64,000 nt of DNA, from NCBI GenBank assembly GCA_043228905.1, contig JBHGNT010000018.1:1612001-1676000 (forward strand), written 5' to 3'. This DNA comes from Azolla caroliniana (Eukaryota; Plantae; Polypodiophyta). The position numbers and the translations under genes are program-made. Below the pieces are notes generated by a model. It ran no database searches. It had not been told where the DNA came from and worked only from the letters and a program-made list of their open reading frames with translations. Positions 40,037 to 54,181 of the stretch are shown piece after piece (the first letter of the stretch is position 1; every line of letters starts with the position of its first letter).

Positions 40037-42134
40037 TAATATATTTAGACTTGTATAATGCCGGAATGTCGTCCAGATTATAACTTATTCCTAGCCAAAT
40101 GATTATAATCAACAATTCATCAAATTATGCCCAAATTCATAAAAATATAATCATAAAAAAGCACCAAGCATCTTTGTTGATTGGATAGATCACACATTCA
40201 TTGGGTGTATTGTTTAGTCCATTTAAGTTAGTTCAGCATTCGAGGGGGTGCAATGATAGAACTTTAGCGTCCCTGTTCAATTAATTGTCATTAATATCTT
40301 TTAGTACTTAATAATCTATGATGACTAAGACTCGCTCTAATCCAGTCGATTTAATTTCTTATACAAAGTATCAGCTAGTTAGTGTGTGGTATGAAATGAT
40401 TATCCAGTTACATTAATGACTTCATGATTGAGAAATGACCAGAATTGGTTTGATTAATCTAGTTAATGTACTTGTAAAGCTAATACCATACCATCTTATT
40501 ATCATGATTAATATGATCACCAAAATCTGATATTAATACCTTAAGATTTACTGGGTATTCAACCTACAATTAATTTGAGCTAGTAGTATTTAAGCCTCTA
40601 ATATATACCTTGGAATTCTGATCGGCCTCTTGGCACTAGATCTGACTCGATTTAATACCTTCGCACTTGATTCCAGTAAGATTGCTGCTGGGATCATACA
40701 TTGTAAGGAAATAAAATTTAAAACCCAATCATATATAATTAGCTTTCGATCATCGTTTGAGAGGCTAATAAATCAGATAAATATCGTCCTCTACTAATTG
40801 AATGAATGGATTATATCTTCTCTTCAGCTACGCATATATAGTTTCTGTGACGATCAAAAGGTATAAACAATTAAATTGCTCATTCTTTTTGAACATTCTA
40901 AAGGCATATATTATATATATATTTTGTATAATTGTATACTTTTGCATGTTATTATATTTTGGAATTATTCCAAAATTTTTAAAGGCTATATATATAAACA
41001 CGCACACACAATTATTATTCCGATATATCTATATCTGATGTCGTTTCCATTGGCTTGATCCACTTTAGTCTACTTTTTTGATTGATTGGCTGATGGTTCA
41101 CATGGCTTTTCGTTCATCCTTACGGACTCGTAATAATAACGAAAAGAAGAAGGGAAAATTTACATCACTTTTCACGGAATTAAATTATTCCCGAGCCATC
41201 TGTGTTTCGTGTACCCCCAACAAGGAAGCAATTTGTGATGATACATGTTTGCAATATCCACACTTTTTATGTATAAATTAATCAATCAATTTGGAATGGT
41301 AAATCAATCATTGATCCCCATCACATTATTACCTGGAATCATGTTAGATCTTCATCATCATCATATTATTCATGATTTTGGATTTTCTTTGTCGATCACA
41401 CCGTCCATACAATAATTTATTTCTCAAACAATATATTTAAGATCATCATCCAAATGTGATCATTTGTAATTCGCCAGTCGTCGTTCCTTCAAAATATTTG
41501 AAATGATTCAAGTGTAGACAAGTTTACAAAAGAGTAACACTTTCTTTTAAAGATGAGGATCTTGTGTACATTAATGATGTCCAATGGCAATTACTTTAAT
41601 CTTAAGCATTAACTTTGCTTGGGAGCTTCCAGGATTATCATGATATAATCATATATTCCTACTAGCACCATGCAGTACCAATCTTAAATTTCGACACAGG
41701 CTATTGCAGTAGGAGAGCAGCTGCAAATTGCAATGTGAAGATTTATTGTGTACACAAAGCACAATGCGCCTATCATGATGACTATTTTTTTTTCCATTCA
41801 CAAATTTGACATTAGCAGCCCTAACTAAGCACTCAAATGTTCTCAACACTGGGATTAAGAAATGAGAAGAACATGTCCATCGATCAAAAGCCATTATGCA
41901 AAACAGGAGCATCAAAACACTACATCCATATTATTACTGAGGTATACAACTCCTTATCACACATGGAGCAATTGTAATAAAAATGTATGTGCTCACATGC
42001 CAGCATAGCATCTCTTCAGCCTCTCCTTGGTTTTTTCTTTTCTTTTGCTCTTTCCTTGCCTGCCTATTTGATATATAGGGCCTCCAAAGGCTGATCTTCC
42101 TGTGATGATATGATGGTATGAAGACCCTTCTTCG

Positions 42135-42632
42135 CTTAATGCTCGGAAAGACGGGTAGCACAGTGTCGGTCACATCATGGAACCTATTTACCGAGCCTTC
42201 ACCTTTCGTGTGCATGCACTCATTGTCAGATAGTACCCTTAATGCTCGGAAAGACTGGTAGCGCAGTGTCGGTCATCATGGAACCTATTTACCGAGCCTT
42301 CACCTTTCGTGTGCATGCAATCATTGTCACATAGTACCCTTAATGCTCGGAAAGACCGGTAGCACAGTGTCGGTCATCATGGAACCTATTTACCGAGCCT
42401 TCACCTTTCGTGTGCATGCACTCATTGTCACATAGTACCCTAAATGCTCGGAAAGACCGGTAGCGCAGTGTCGGTCATCATGGAACCTATTTACCGAGCC
42501 TTCACCTTTCGTGTGCATGCACTCATTGTCACATAGTACCCTTAATGCTCGGAAAGACCGGTAGCACAGTGTCGGTCATCATGGAATCTATTTACCACTT
42601 CAACTTTAATGTGCATACAATCATTGTCACAC
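42135..42632. repeat. Tandem repeat, ~101 bp x5
   Basis: cttaatgctcggaaagaccggtagcacagtgtcggtcatcatggaacctatttaccgagccttcacctttcgtgtgcatgc... starts at about 42135, 42238, 42339, 42440 and 42541. There are no spacers. Confidence 0.95.
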
Positions 42633-43282
42633 ACCCTTATTGTAATCTCCACACTTCTCTTGGATTTCCTTTTATAGGGTCTCCACACTCAGGTGCTCTT
42701 GTCATTGAGAGTGATGGCAACGAAACCTCTACAGCCCCAGGACCCTTGATTAGCCTATATGACTAGCTTGGTCCACTTCCACAGCTTCCACTAACTTGGG
42801 CTCACAACTTGTCAAGCATTTCTTCCTTTCTTTCCCCTTACATCTGTTTCTCCAGTACTACAACAAGTTTGCTAATTTATATCCATTCTAGGTGCTGTCA
42901 ATAAATGAATAAATTCCATCCACACTACAGCTGCACCTACTTCACCTCAAATGGTATTTTGGTAAAGAAACAATTCTGCCCCTTTACATAGTAATCCGTT
43001 ATTGTTTTGTATACAATATTTTTACACTGTCATGTTCATACTATTTCACTTCCATTCGAGCCATCATTATGACTTTGGCACGAGACTGGGTATCCTTGAA
43101 ATGAACCAATCAAAGCATATTGATTTTTGAACCCTATACAAGACGCACAGTTAGTGTAGATTTTCCTTGGTGATGTCTCCACAATGCCAAAAGTGGTGAT
43201 TATAACAGGCTATACGTAATTTACGATCACTTATTGTAATACTGTACAATAATGACTAAAGATGTACCTTCAAATGTCTCTA

Positions 43283-44705
43283 TCATTCACTAGAATTTCC
43301 ACAAATCATGGCCATTAACTGATATGCTGCAATTTGACAATGATCATCATCATCACTGATTCTCAGCATAGAGTTAAATGCTTTCCATCCAAGATCTACA
43401 TTACCCCATTTGTCACAGGCACCTAACATGGCATTAAATTTTACAGAATTAGGTTTCACAAATAGGTCTCTCGCGAGCATTGCAAAAGCCTCATCAAGCC
43501 GTCCTACACGGGCGACTAGGTCAAGCATACAATTATTGTGCTCAATATCAGCAACAATGCCATATTCCCTCATCATAACCTCAAAATACTTCTGTGCAGG
43601 ATCCAAAAACCCTGAATGACTACATGCAGTAAACATACTTTGAAATGTAATTTGATCAGGATTTATATTTTCATCTTTCATTCTATCCAGCACATCGAAG
43701 ATAACTTCACTTTCCCCATGATATGCATATCCTGATATGAGTGCTGTCCATGACACCAAGTCTTGAACTTGAATCTTATCAAATACTTGATGAGCTTCTG
43801 TAAGTGATCCACAATTTGCATACGCATCCACCAAAGCACTACCCACAAAGCTCTCCCTTTCAAATCCTTGCATGATGGCCATTCCATGCATTTCATGGAT
43901 CTTTTCTACAGTGGTTATAATTCCTAACACTTTGAATATGGAAACAAATGTGATAGCATTAAATGGAATACATTGTACTTGCATTTGTTCAAGACAGCTT
44001 AATGCTTTCTCATATGACCCATATTTGGCATAATTCCCAATCAAGGCATCCCAAGAGACTATATCCTTCATCTCAAGTTCATCAAAGATCGATTGTGTAT
44101 CTGTAAACACGCCAAATTTTCCATACATATCAACAAGAGTATTACCGATATGAGAATGTCCCTCAAATCCTTCTTTGACAATCTCCAAATGTAGTTGAAG
44201 CCCATGGTTTAGGTCTCGTACACTACCAAAAGCCTTAAGGCAGCAAATAATAATCGTCTCGTCAAGATCCACAGGCATATTTTTTATGCAATCCCATGCT
44301 TTTGAACATGGCAACTGCAAGGTTATGTTCACCACATGAGATATGGCTTTTCACAACAAAAGCCAAACAAAATTCATTGCAAATGAATAGTCTTTGAAAT
44401 AACACTCTCCGAGAATCATGCAAATCTCCGCATTCACTTAGCATAGGGATAAGGTGATTCCCCACCACAGGATGCGAATCCAAACCATGACAGCATATCT
44501 CATGATGCAAAAACTTTGCAAAGCCACCATGGCCTCTTCATTTTCTGCATTCTTGTAGACTGTAGATGAGTTCTGCTACAAGGGGTAAAGTTTGAACTCT
44601 TACCCGTGAGTTTGTTGAGTTCCATAGCTGTTGAGGAGGCATAGAAGCTTCGGATCCATGAGGAAAAGCATGACATAGGTTGTCATTGATGATTTTTTCT
44701 TCCAT
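43283..44705 (-). pseudogene. PLS-class PPR gene with truncated E domain, disabled at the 5' end
   Basis: The reading from ATG 44705 hits an in-frame TGA at 44540-44538, then a frameshift near 44285 into the 350-aa ORF. That ORF has VGSALVDAYANCG/DLVSWTALISGYA PLS motifs and ACSHSG...HNNCMLDLVARVGRLDEA, and ends at AYQLMAMIC. No DYW domain. Confidence 0.8.
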
Positions 44706-46135
44706 TTCTGATGCCGAAACAACAGGACATGAGATGCAGAGCAGAGGAAATACCGCACAAAGGCAAATGGGTAGTCCACAATTTTGTCAAAAAACGATCA
44801 CAGCATTCAGAACAGGGTAATGGAACCCATCTCATATAATATGTAGTTACATGCTACATAGTTAATTATAGCTAGCAATAGTGGCACACTCAAGACTCTA
44901 CATAGTCTTTGGTTACTACCCATTGGACTCTCGCTACTAGCACAAACGGAAAAAAAAAAACTGCCATGAATGTCGACGAGAACGGATCAAGAAGCCACAG
45001 CAAAATCAAGTCATCTCTGCGGAAGCTTAATCCGTTTGTCCTTCATAAACAATTGGATTACAAAGTCAGTACTAACCCATAAGGCTCTGATTCAGATTCG
45101 CTCCACCGAGTTACCTAGACTCTATTTAATCATAGGTCGTACCTCGCCCCTATGTATAAAGTTACTAGCATTTTTGGCTGTTTCTCTTGCTCTTCCATGG
45201 CCTGATCTTTTTAGCTTTTCTTAATGTTGTCTTGATTGATGGGCTTGATTAAATTAATCAGTTTCTAACTGTCTATCCTCTGTTCTATTACTTAGTTAAA
45301 AATATTTTAAGGTCTTAGAAGTTGGGTTTGCTCAATTGTAAAAATGTTGATGTGCACGAGGGTCCTGATGTTAGAGACATTAACAAGTTATTTGGGGTTT
45401 GCAAGTTTTAGCATCAAGACATGCTCAAAAACTTTTCAAACCCTGTAAGAAGTAGAATGGTGAGAAAAAAACAAAAAGTCACTTTTGTAAGAGTTGATGA
45501 AGTGTTTCTTCATGTCTGGAAGAATCCGAAAGTCCTATAACTATACTAATTGTTGAGGCGCCCATGCATATCGAGAACAATGTGCAGAAACTAGAACTAC
45601 CATCACAACCATATTGACTCAAAATGTATCCTAGTTCCTTGCAAGAACAGCACATATCACCATATGTGGAAACAAGATCTTGCTAATTGGATGGTATACA
45701 CCTAAAGAAGATTCTATCTGAAATCGTTTGTAATTTGATGTAGAAATTTCCCACTTCTTTTGTTTAGGAAGAAAATTATTTCCAAGGAAGGAAGGAATGC
45801 TCACAACAAGGGTTCTAGAATGTATAACATAGGCAAAGTCTAGGTCGTAAAATCTGAAAATAACAATTGAAACAGCCTTCGAGCATGATGTGTAAGCATC
45901 GAAATTGAAAATAAGTGTATACATTGCTCAAGTTTGAAGTAGATACTCTATGAGAAATGCTAGAACATAAGAGTGACGATCGTCTACCAAAAGGATCATA
46001 TAGAGCAATTTTGCTCATTATTCGGTAAGTTCAGCACCGATGAATGGAAATAATATTGTCAACCTGCCTTTACACAAATTGTAGTCTCGTATTTAGTTTG
46101 GCTTCCCTACATTATTAAAACTTTTCTTTCCGTCT

Positions 46136-48450
46136 TTAACTCGCAGTGACGCTTCCTGAGCAACACGTCGGGAAGCTCTTCTGAGAATCTCTATAATCTG
46201 ATGAGAGAACTATCTTCTCGCTTTTGCTTACGAGCTCGGACTTGTTGGAGACCGAGGAAAGTGTCTTTCTATTGAAACTATTGTAGATCTCCTTCATCAC
46301 ACTATGAAAAGCCGTGTTCACATTGGTCGCATCCAATGCAGATGTCTCGAGAAACATGAGACCCTCAGCCTCTGCATACTGTGTTGCATCTTCTACCGAT
46401 ACTTCCCTCATATCTGCTAGGTCTTGCTTATTCCCCACCAGCATTGTCACTAGTATCGTATCCGAATGCACTGCCAAATAAACAAATTTTAGCAAAAACA
46501 TTGTACTCCCATGCCCTCTTGACATATCCGAGTTTTAGACACACAAAAACACTCCACGTCCATATCTTAAACAACTATTAGTGTACCGAAAAGCATGAAT
46601 TCACAAAAGAAGTCCAAGACCTAACCCACTTTTCCCACATGTTTCCCAAAGCTATTCAACATTTCCCCTCAAGAGCTTTTCGAAGCCTCTCTTAGAGAAG
46701 CAATTTGGGATGTGACAAACATAGTGGGGAAATTTACAACAATTACTTGAGATGACAAAGGGGAGACAATCCCCACTATAATATTTTTGGCAAAAAAAAT
46801 GGTAAAATGACATAATATTAGCAGAAATGGACCAAGAAACTGGAAATACGGCCCCTTAAATATATGTCAGTCCATGGTACTTCAACCATCATCCTTGAGA
46901 TGGTAGTACATATCACTTTCTCAATATATGAGAGTCCTACACCACAACACTCAATTAGACCAATGTTACCACCACACCATCATCTAGTAGACTCAGCAAA
47001 ATAACCTAACCACCATCATCTGTGTATCCGAGAGATTGAAGCTCCAATCAGCTTACGATACGTGACACATGAGATCCAAATGTCCTACAATGAGAGACTT
47101 ACTACCATCATGTCAATACAGAGAGGTTGTGAGCACTGTTTGGAGATAGTGAAGTCATTACTTCAATACACCTATATGTCATGGTGTAACCAAAATGTGT
47201 GAAATTATATGGATTTCAGTCCACAATGTTGTTTGATAGTCTAGAATAACTCAACACTAGGCTAGACCCATTAAGAGAGCAACCAGGCAAACATTATTGA
47301 AGGTGTAGTGTTTGGTCATCCATGAGAACCAAAACAAAACAAAAGCTATCAGTTTTTCTATAAGACAAATATGAAGATAGCTGTTTTTCTATATAAGACA
47401 AACATGAACATTATTAGCTGTTTTTCTATATAAGACAGATAGAAAAGAGCTCATACAAAGCTAGCTACCTGGCTAGAAAACAAATACAACAGCTCTAGCT
47501 GTTCTTCTATGAGACAAATACAAAAGCTGGCTCTCTCTCCTCTTGTATAGAAAATGAAAGGCCATCCATACATATATCAGAATTCTTTGAGTCATCAGGC
47601 GACATTATCCGAGATGCGGCATCAAGAACAGTGATCCCCTTACATAGAGAGGTCATCCATACATACACATCTGAGGGGGCTCTTTGAGCCATTGGGCAAC
47701 ATTACCCCAGGTGTGAGGCCAGAGAAATACAAGACTAGCTAGCTCTCTATAAAACAATACAATATCTTGCCTCTTTGAATAAAGAACATACATATAGATA
47801 TCTCAGTGTTTTTGAGCTATTGGGCGACATTATCGAAGGCGTGACATCGGTGATAACAATGGGAACCTGAAAAAAAAAAACAATACAAAGGCTATAGATG
47901 TAGGCCTGTGGCACAATATCAATGCTTTCTCTCTATTGCACAACAGACTTGCTAGGTATATCTCTCTATGACACAATACAGAATCTAGCTATGTCTTGAT
48001 AAACAAATACAAAATCTAGCTATGTCTTGATAAACAAATACAAAATCTAGCTATGTCTTGATAAACAACACAGGATCTAGCTATGTCTTGAGAAAGGGAG
48101 ACAAAGAGATGACAAAGAAAGAGCGTACCTCTGAGCTCTTCGAGCCATCGGGCGACATTATCAAAGGTGTCTCCTCGGGTGATGTCGTAAACAATCAGGG
48201 CTCCAACAGCGCCACGGTAATAGGCAGATGTTACTGCTCGGAAACGCTCTTGGCCGGCAGTGTCCCAGATCTGAGCTTGGACATCCCGCCCATCGATCTC
48301 CAGACTCTGTGTCTGGAATTCTACTCCGATCGTCGCCTTGGAATTGGGTTGGAATTCGTTCCTCGCGAATCTCGACAGAAGGTTCGATTTTCCGACAGCC
48401 GAATCGCCGATCAACACTATTTTGAATAGGTATTCATCCCTGCCCATCAT
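46136..48450 (-). CDS. RABA5: Rab11-family small GTPase, RabA5 subclass (~218 aa, 2 exons)
   Basis: Exons 48450-48129 and 46470-46136 (phase 1). Motifs [19 protein letters not shown] (RabA5-type effector loop), WDTAGQE, NKQD, ETSA and a C-terminal CC. Confidence 0.95.
47977..48090. repeat. 31-bp minisatellite x3.5 in the Rab intron
   Basis: Units of tacaaaatctagctatgtcttgataaacaaa. Confidence 0.9.
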
Positions 48451-51325
48451 ATCTCTTCCTCTTCACCTGCTTCTCCTCTAAACCCTCTCTCTATCTCTCT
48501 CTTCCTCTCTGTTTTTAGTTCTTCACAGGTGTGTTTATAGCTAGCTAGCTATCTATCTATCTACATGTATGTTCCTTCTGAGTATATAGAGTGCTTTGGC
48601 AAATGATGCTTTTCTCTTCACTTCTTTCTCTTTCTGCAACTCTGCTAACAGCAGTTATATAGCAGAGGAGTTGGTGGTTAGCTCTCATTACTCTTCTTCT
48701 CTTACCCTGCTTTCAACTTTCCCTTCCATTCCTTTGCTTTTTCTCGGATTTCTTCTTGCTTTTCCACTTTATTTATGCCTTTTGCTTTTTGCTTTTTGCT
48801 TTCTTGCTTTTTGCTTTTTGGCTTTTGGCTCTTGGCTTTTGGGTGTGTGTGCATATATGAATAATGAGACCATTCGCTTACATGCAAAACAAGTGTTTTC
48901 CAAGACCATGAGAGGCCCGAACTAATCTAATCATATGGCTTTATGAATAAATGCTTCCCATCTACGTGCGTAAATCCCCTCCTCTCTGACCTTGCCAGCT
49001 CTGATAATAATAGCAAGCGAAAAACGTCACACGGTTATTGACACATGACCTGACTCTCGACGATTTGTTGGTTGGCATTTGTCTTTCCCATGACAATCAA
49101 ATGTAAAGCCATGGCCTTTTTTGCGCCGTTTTGAAAGGATCTTCATGTAGTGGGATCGTCTAGCTTGTCCCTTGCTTTGTGCTTGGATTCTTCAAGGCAA
49201 TGTAGCTTTCCTTGGCATCGAGACTCTTAGCTTGGGCAAATATAGCTTTGTGCAATACATGTTCATAGCCTTTTTTGAGTTCATTCCATATCAAGTTAGA
49301 TTTTCGATTTGGGCACCCGACTTGGACCCAACCTATTGAAATCCTATTGGTGCATTAAAAGAACATGCAACATCACAATATCCATCGATTCGGAAAATGG
49401 GATATGATTAGTGGGTTGCATCCTTTATCTCTCATTGTTCTCTTGTTTTATTGTAGAGATGGACAGATGTATGGATTTATTTTTAGAGTCCAAGGAAGAC
49501 CAATTGTGATATATGAGAGAAAGAGAAAATATTCCAATAGCATTTCACCGTAAATTAGCAACGGATTCTCAAACTTGAAAGCATATTTTAGGGTGCCAAA
49601 TGAACCCCATAACTTTTGAAATGCCTCCAAGCCAAGGCTCATTTGAATACCCAAGGTTACACAAACAAGACATATAAACAAAGTAAACATGCAATAAAAT
49701 ATGCTTAGTTCTACATGGGAATCGAAACTTGGCCATTTTGTCCAAAGTTTGGTGTGATATAGGAAACCTTACATGGGACTAGGGAGTGAATCCTCTTACT
49801 AAATCCAAACAATAAATGACAAGGCTTCATATTGAAAGGTAGATCATGGATATATCTTCCCATTGAATGTTACTAGAAAAGTTATTATCCTTATAGATCT
49901 TAACAATATCAAACCATGTCTTTTTCTCATAAAAAGAGAAGTAATTCTTGTTAACTCGAAAGTGTTTGAAATACGTGGCATTCTTCATAAATTTCCTTGC
50001 TTTATGTGTTGTTGACTATTGTTGTCCTTAAAATGAGTGTTTCATTAGCATCGTTGTGGATAAGTAACACAATTACCAGTGGACGTTATTAATATTCATA
50101 AGGGGTCATTAGAATTTGGTAGTAACACGTTTCACGTTATCATGGTGCAATTAAAACATATGTATACTCAGAAAAAAAATTAATGTTATTGCTTGAAGCT
50201 TCTAATCATACATCATGTATTCTTAAACCTCTTTGGCGATAATCAAATTACCTATGTCAATCAATATCTACCCTAATGACATATTTACGATAAATAAGTG
50301 GTTGTGATACCTCTATGTGCATCTCTTACATGTGATTCTATTTTTATGACATACAATATTGGCAAATCAATATATTGATAGTTTATAGTGGCAATGGGCA
50401 CTCTATCATATCATTCAAATTGAATCTATTTACTTGGAAGAAAGTATAGAGACAAATCTCATCCAAATTGAAATCACTTTATGAAAGCCAACAAAGCATG
50501 TATCTTTGTCGGTATAGGAGAGATATTAATGCATTAGAAAAGTTTATAAAGGAAGATTCTTGGAATAAGAGAGAACGACAACTAGAAAGGCTATAAAAAA
50601 ACTAATCCATAAAACCCATTGCATCATGTACTCTACACATGTGGTCATATACTAACATCTCCTTGAATTGATGATAAGTTCCATCCCACGTTGTCTTTAT
50701 ATGAACAAGTTGGTGATAGTGTTTCATTGAAATCCGTGAGAGGAGATGGAAGTTTGTGGTAGAATAATCGAGAAGCCAACTCTTAGTAGAAGGAACATTG
50801 TTTGTCCTCATGCCCATTCAATTGTTTCAAGCATTGTTGGAAAATCTATTTGTGTCCAAACAAATAGTTAGCACTTCATATACTAAATAAAGGTAAACTT
50901 ATAAGTGTGGAGCTAGCTATATTATTTAAAACAATTGTCCCATAACTTATGTATAATTTTAATCCCTTAGTGCAATTGGTCCTCGAGGATTGTATATATT
51001 TGTGCTTGGCATTACAATGATGTCATGATATTCATGGATTTGTTGTAAACATAATATCAAATGAATAATTCGTTGAGTGCTCACTTAATATCCATAGTGT
51101 CCACGATGTAATCCAATTGTGTCGTACTTCCAGTACTTCCAACACATGTTGCATGAGAAAAAAGTGAGTGTGCACCAACAATTCAAGTACTTGACATTGT
51201 ACATTGAACAATTGAAGTTCATTGAATCCATAGTTATGAGTATTGCAGGAATTAAGTAGTGGCATACATATATAACCTCTTCATTGCACATTCTTTTGTA
51301 GACTCGACTTTGTTTGTGTACACAT

Positions 51326-51414
51326 TAATCTACTTTGCAAATTAGACATTAACCCATGTTTAAATACTCTTAATCTACTTTGCAAATTAGACATTAACCC
51401 ATGTTTAAATACTC
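51326..51414. repeat. ~44-bp direct duplication at the LINE 5' junction
   Basis: taatctactttgcaaattagacattaacccatgtttaaatactc occurs twice. Confidence 0.85.
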
Positions 51415-52353
51415 AATGGACATGGCGTGATCCCTACGCGGGGCAAGGAAGCAAACCCATCCCTTTCTTCCAATTCACAACTAGATTGGGTCGCCACATT
51501 CTAGCTGCTCAAGCCGCCCGAGAACCGGCTGCTGCGAAGGTCTGGCACACATTTCAAGTTCCCTTCGCAATAATCACCAAGTTTTGGCAGAAAATCTGGA
51601 AGCAACAACACGCAAGGCGAATTACCATTTTCCAATGGTTGTTAATACATAAGGCCCTACCGGTGGGAGCATGGCAACGTGGGAACCTTAACTCTCTGAA
51701 TTGTGTAGAGTGCCCACATGTAGTAGAATCCATACAACACGCTCTGTGGGACTGCCCAACGTCCCATAGAACATGGCGGGGGGTTTGCCGCTTGTTGCAA
51801 TTATGCTAAGTGCAAGGTTCAATCAAGTGGGGAAATATATGTTGGCTATCATGGCAGGCTGCAATTGGCCGATACGAGCATCAGGAGGAGGGGATGACTT
51901 TGGTGATAAAAGCACAAGAGGTTCTTTTCTCCTCCAGCGACAATGTCCACTATTTTCCTCTTAATGACAAATCTCAAGAGGTGTTGGAATTGGTTAGCCC
52001 AATAACCCTTTGGATTCTATGGAAACAACGATGTAGGCGAGTCTTCTCCAACCAAACCACCCATCCAACAAGGTTACTGCAAGAGATATGGAGTGAAATT
52101 GTAGCCACTCTGAAAAGCCAATATGATGGCCTTAAAGGTGGCTCCGAGGGAGTTGAAAGACAACGCATAGCCTTCATCCAACAATGGTCGTCCTCTCCCT
52201 TTCTTGAGTCAGCGGGCTTCCACATTAGATGGAACTATCGCGTCCCTTTAGGGATTTGTACATAATCGCCTCATTTGTAAAATTTTATAACTAATGGAAG
52301 GAGTTTTTTTTTTGGAAAAAAAAAACAAATCTAATTTTTGGAAAGAAAAAAAA
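51414..52353 (+). mobile_element. 5'-truncated L1-like LINE (ORF2 C-terminus with zf-RVT)
   Basis: One reading frame with a single TAA at 51807-51809 gives FWQKIWK...FQWLLIHKALPVG...CVECPHVVESIQHALWDCP...LWILWKQRCRRVFSN, followed by T/A-rich tails. Confidence 0.88.
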
Positions 52354-54020
52354 ACATATCTAATATCAAATAATGGCCTATTCATTAAGTGGTGAACCAC
52401 ATGACGATAGCCTTGACATGATGGGTACAAATATAGTATGCCATTGATATTTGCACAATTTCTTTATGGTTGTGTATTATTATTATTATCATGTAAACGC
52501 AAACATTCCACTCCTGTAAAGGTCAATTAGACCAATAAACTTACTATGAATGTTCAAAATAATGCATGTTTCACAAACTATGTGCACGGTTGGCACATAA
52601 GCAAATTGATTCTAACTAGTATTGTTTGTTATGGCAATTTGGAGTTTCAAAGCTTTAGTTTCATTGATTTCCATAATTGTAAAAAAAAACATATTTAGTG
52701 GCTTTGAACATAGAGGCCAATTTAAGTTGGATTATCTTAAACTAGCTCATAAATGATAAAAATAAGAAGTGAATCACATGGTAAAAGGTGACATATTAAG
52801 TCAAAATTGTGAGAGGGCATGGATTAAACACCCAACTCCCCAATGAATGAGGATGACATAATTATGTCATAAACCTAGGGGAAGCAAGGAAAATACTCAC
52901 GAGATTGTCAAGAGATCTAATATACGATCAAGGATCTAGAATATTGTAGCTTGAAGAGCAAGCAATAATACGTGACAAAACGCAAGGTCATGCTTAGAAG
53001 GCAATAGATTGTCATTGCATTTAAATGGTTCAACAAGAATGAGGGGCATCTATGTTTAGGTCATGCTTTTAGACTAATGGTCAAGGTCATGACCACACCA
53101 CTCTAAATGATGACATCATGCCAGGTGTGACACATGTGTGCGTTCTCTCGAGTGTTTCAAAACCTTCAAAAAGTATATTGGTTTTGCGACTCAGTACCAA
53201 TTTGTCCTTAGTCTATAGTAGAATGAATGATAGTCTTTCACATTCTATAAGTGTTTCAATGAAGAACTCTATAAAAGTAGTGGATTTCCGTCACAAATTC
53301 CAGCCAAAAGAACTTTATTGGGATCATGTTTCAATGACTTTAGCCGCACTTTAAATAGTAGAAAATGATAGACAATGAGATAGCTCCAATTGCTCGCCTC
53401 TAATACAAAACTGTACTACAGGAGTTTGGGTTCAATGTGGCTCTAAGTCATTCAATCATTCTGGTATTACAATAGAAAATGGGTTTACGTTTTGCCAAAA
53501 GAAAGTGATTGCTCTTGAATCTATTGCTACCTCCGAGCTCTTTCAAAATATGAGTTTATTAATTGTACCAATTTGTTTGCCTTGCCATAATCATCCTTGT
53601 TGTAAGTCTCAATGCTTGGAAATAAAGGTACAAAAAAATCAACAATCTTCATGGGTTATCTCTGGTTCTTACTCCAATGACACCAATATACCAACTCATA
53701 TTCTTTACTAAATTTGAATGAACCTAAATTCATTAATATTTTTTTAGAATAAATTTTGTGATTCGACTTATTGTTGGGCCAACATCCAAACCATCCATGG
53801 TTGCGTTATTCGATTTCAATTAAATTTACTCCCAAAAGGCGAATATGATCAATGCTACCATGATACATCCTTCCTTTACCCAACATTGAGTGATTTTGGT
53901 AAGAAGATGAATTGCATGAATTACTGAAGTCACTAATGCCAATGCATAACGATAAATGTCACACTTTGCTAAATCAAGGGAGATTGTTTTTTAACGGTTG
54001 ATCTCCAATGGTTTAGTGTT

Positions 54021-54181
54021 TTTTTTTTTGTTTTTTTTTTTTATAAAAGATTTTCTTCAATAGTATTAAGAACAAAATGCCCGAAGGCTACAACTTGAAC
54101 CTAGCTACCAAGGAGGTTACAAACTTTCCTATACAATGTTGTAAAATACAAGGATGTTTACATTTGTTTACTCAAGAGCCT
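54021..54181 (-). mobile_element. Short retroposon (SINE/truncated LINE) insertion with 15-bp TSD
   Basis: TSD caatggtttagtgtt at 54006-54020 and 54182-54196, with poly-T at the left end (poly-A on the minus strand). Confidence 0.85.

Noticed and set aside
42135-42632. CRISPR-like array
   Set aside because: Units repeat in full with no unique spacers; the context is eukaryotic and there are no cas genes.
48596-48925. Hydrophobic 109-aa ORF upstream of Rab
   Set aside because: Artefact of the ctttt(g) low-complexity repeat.
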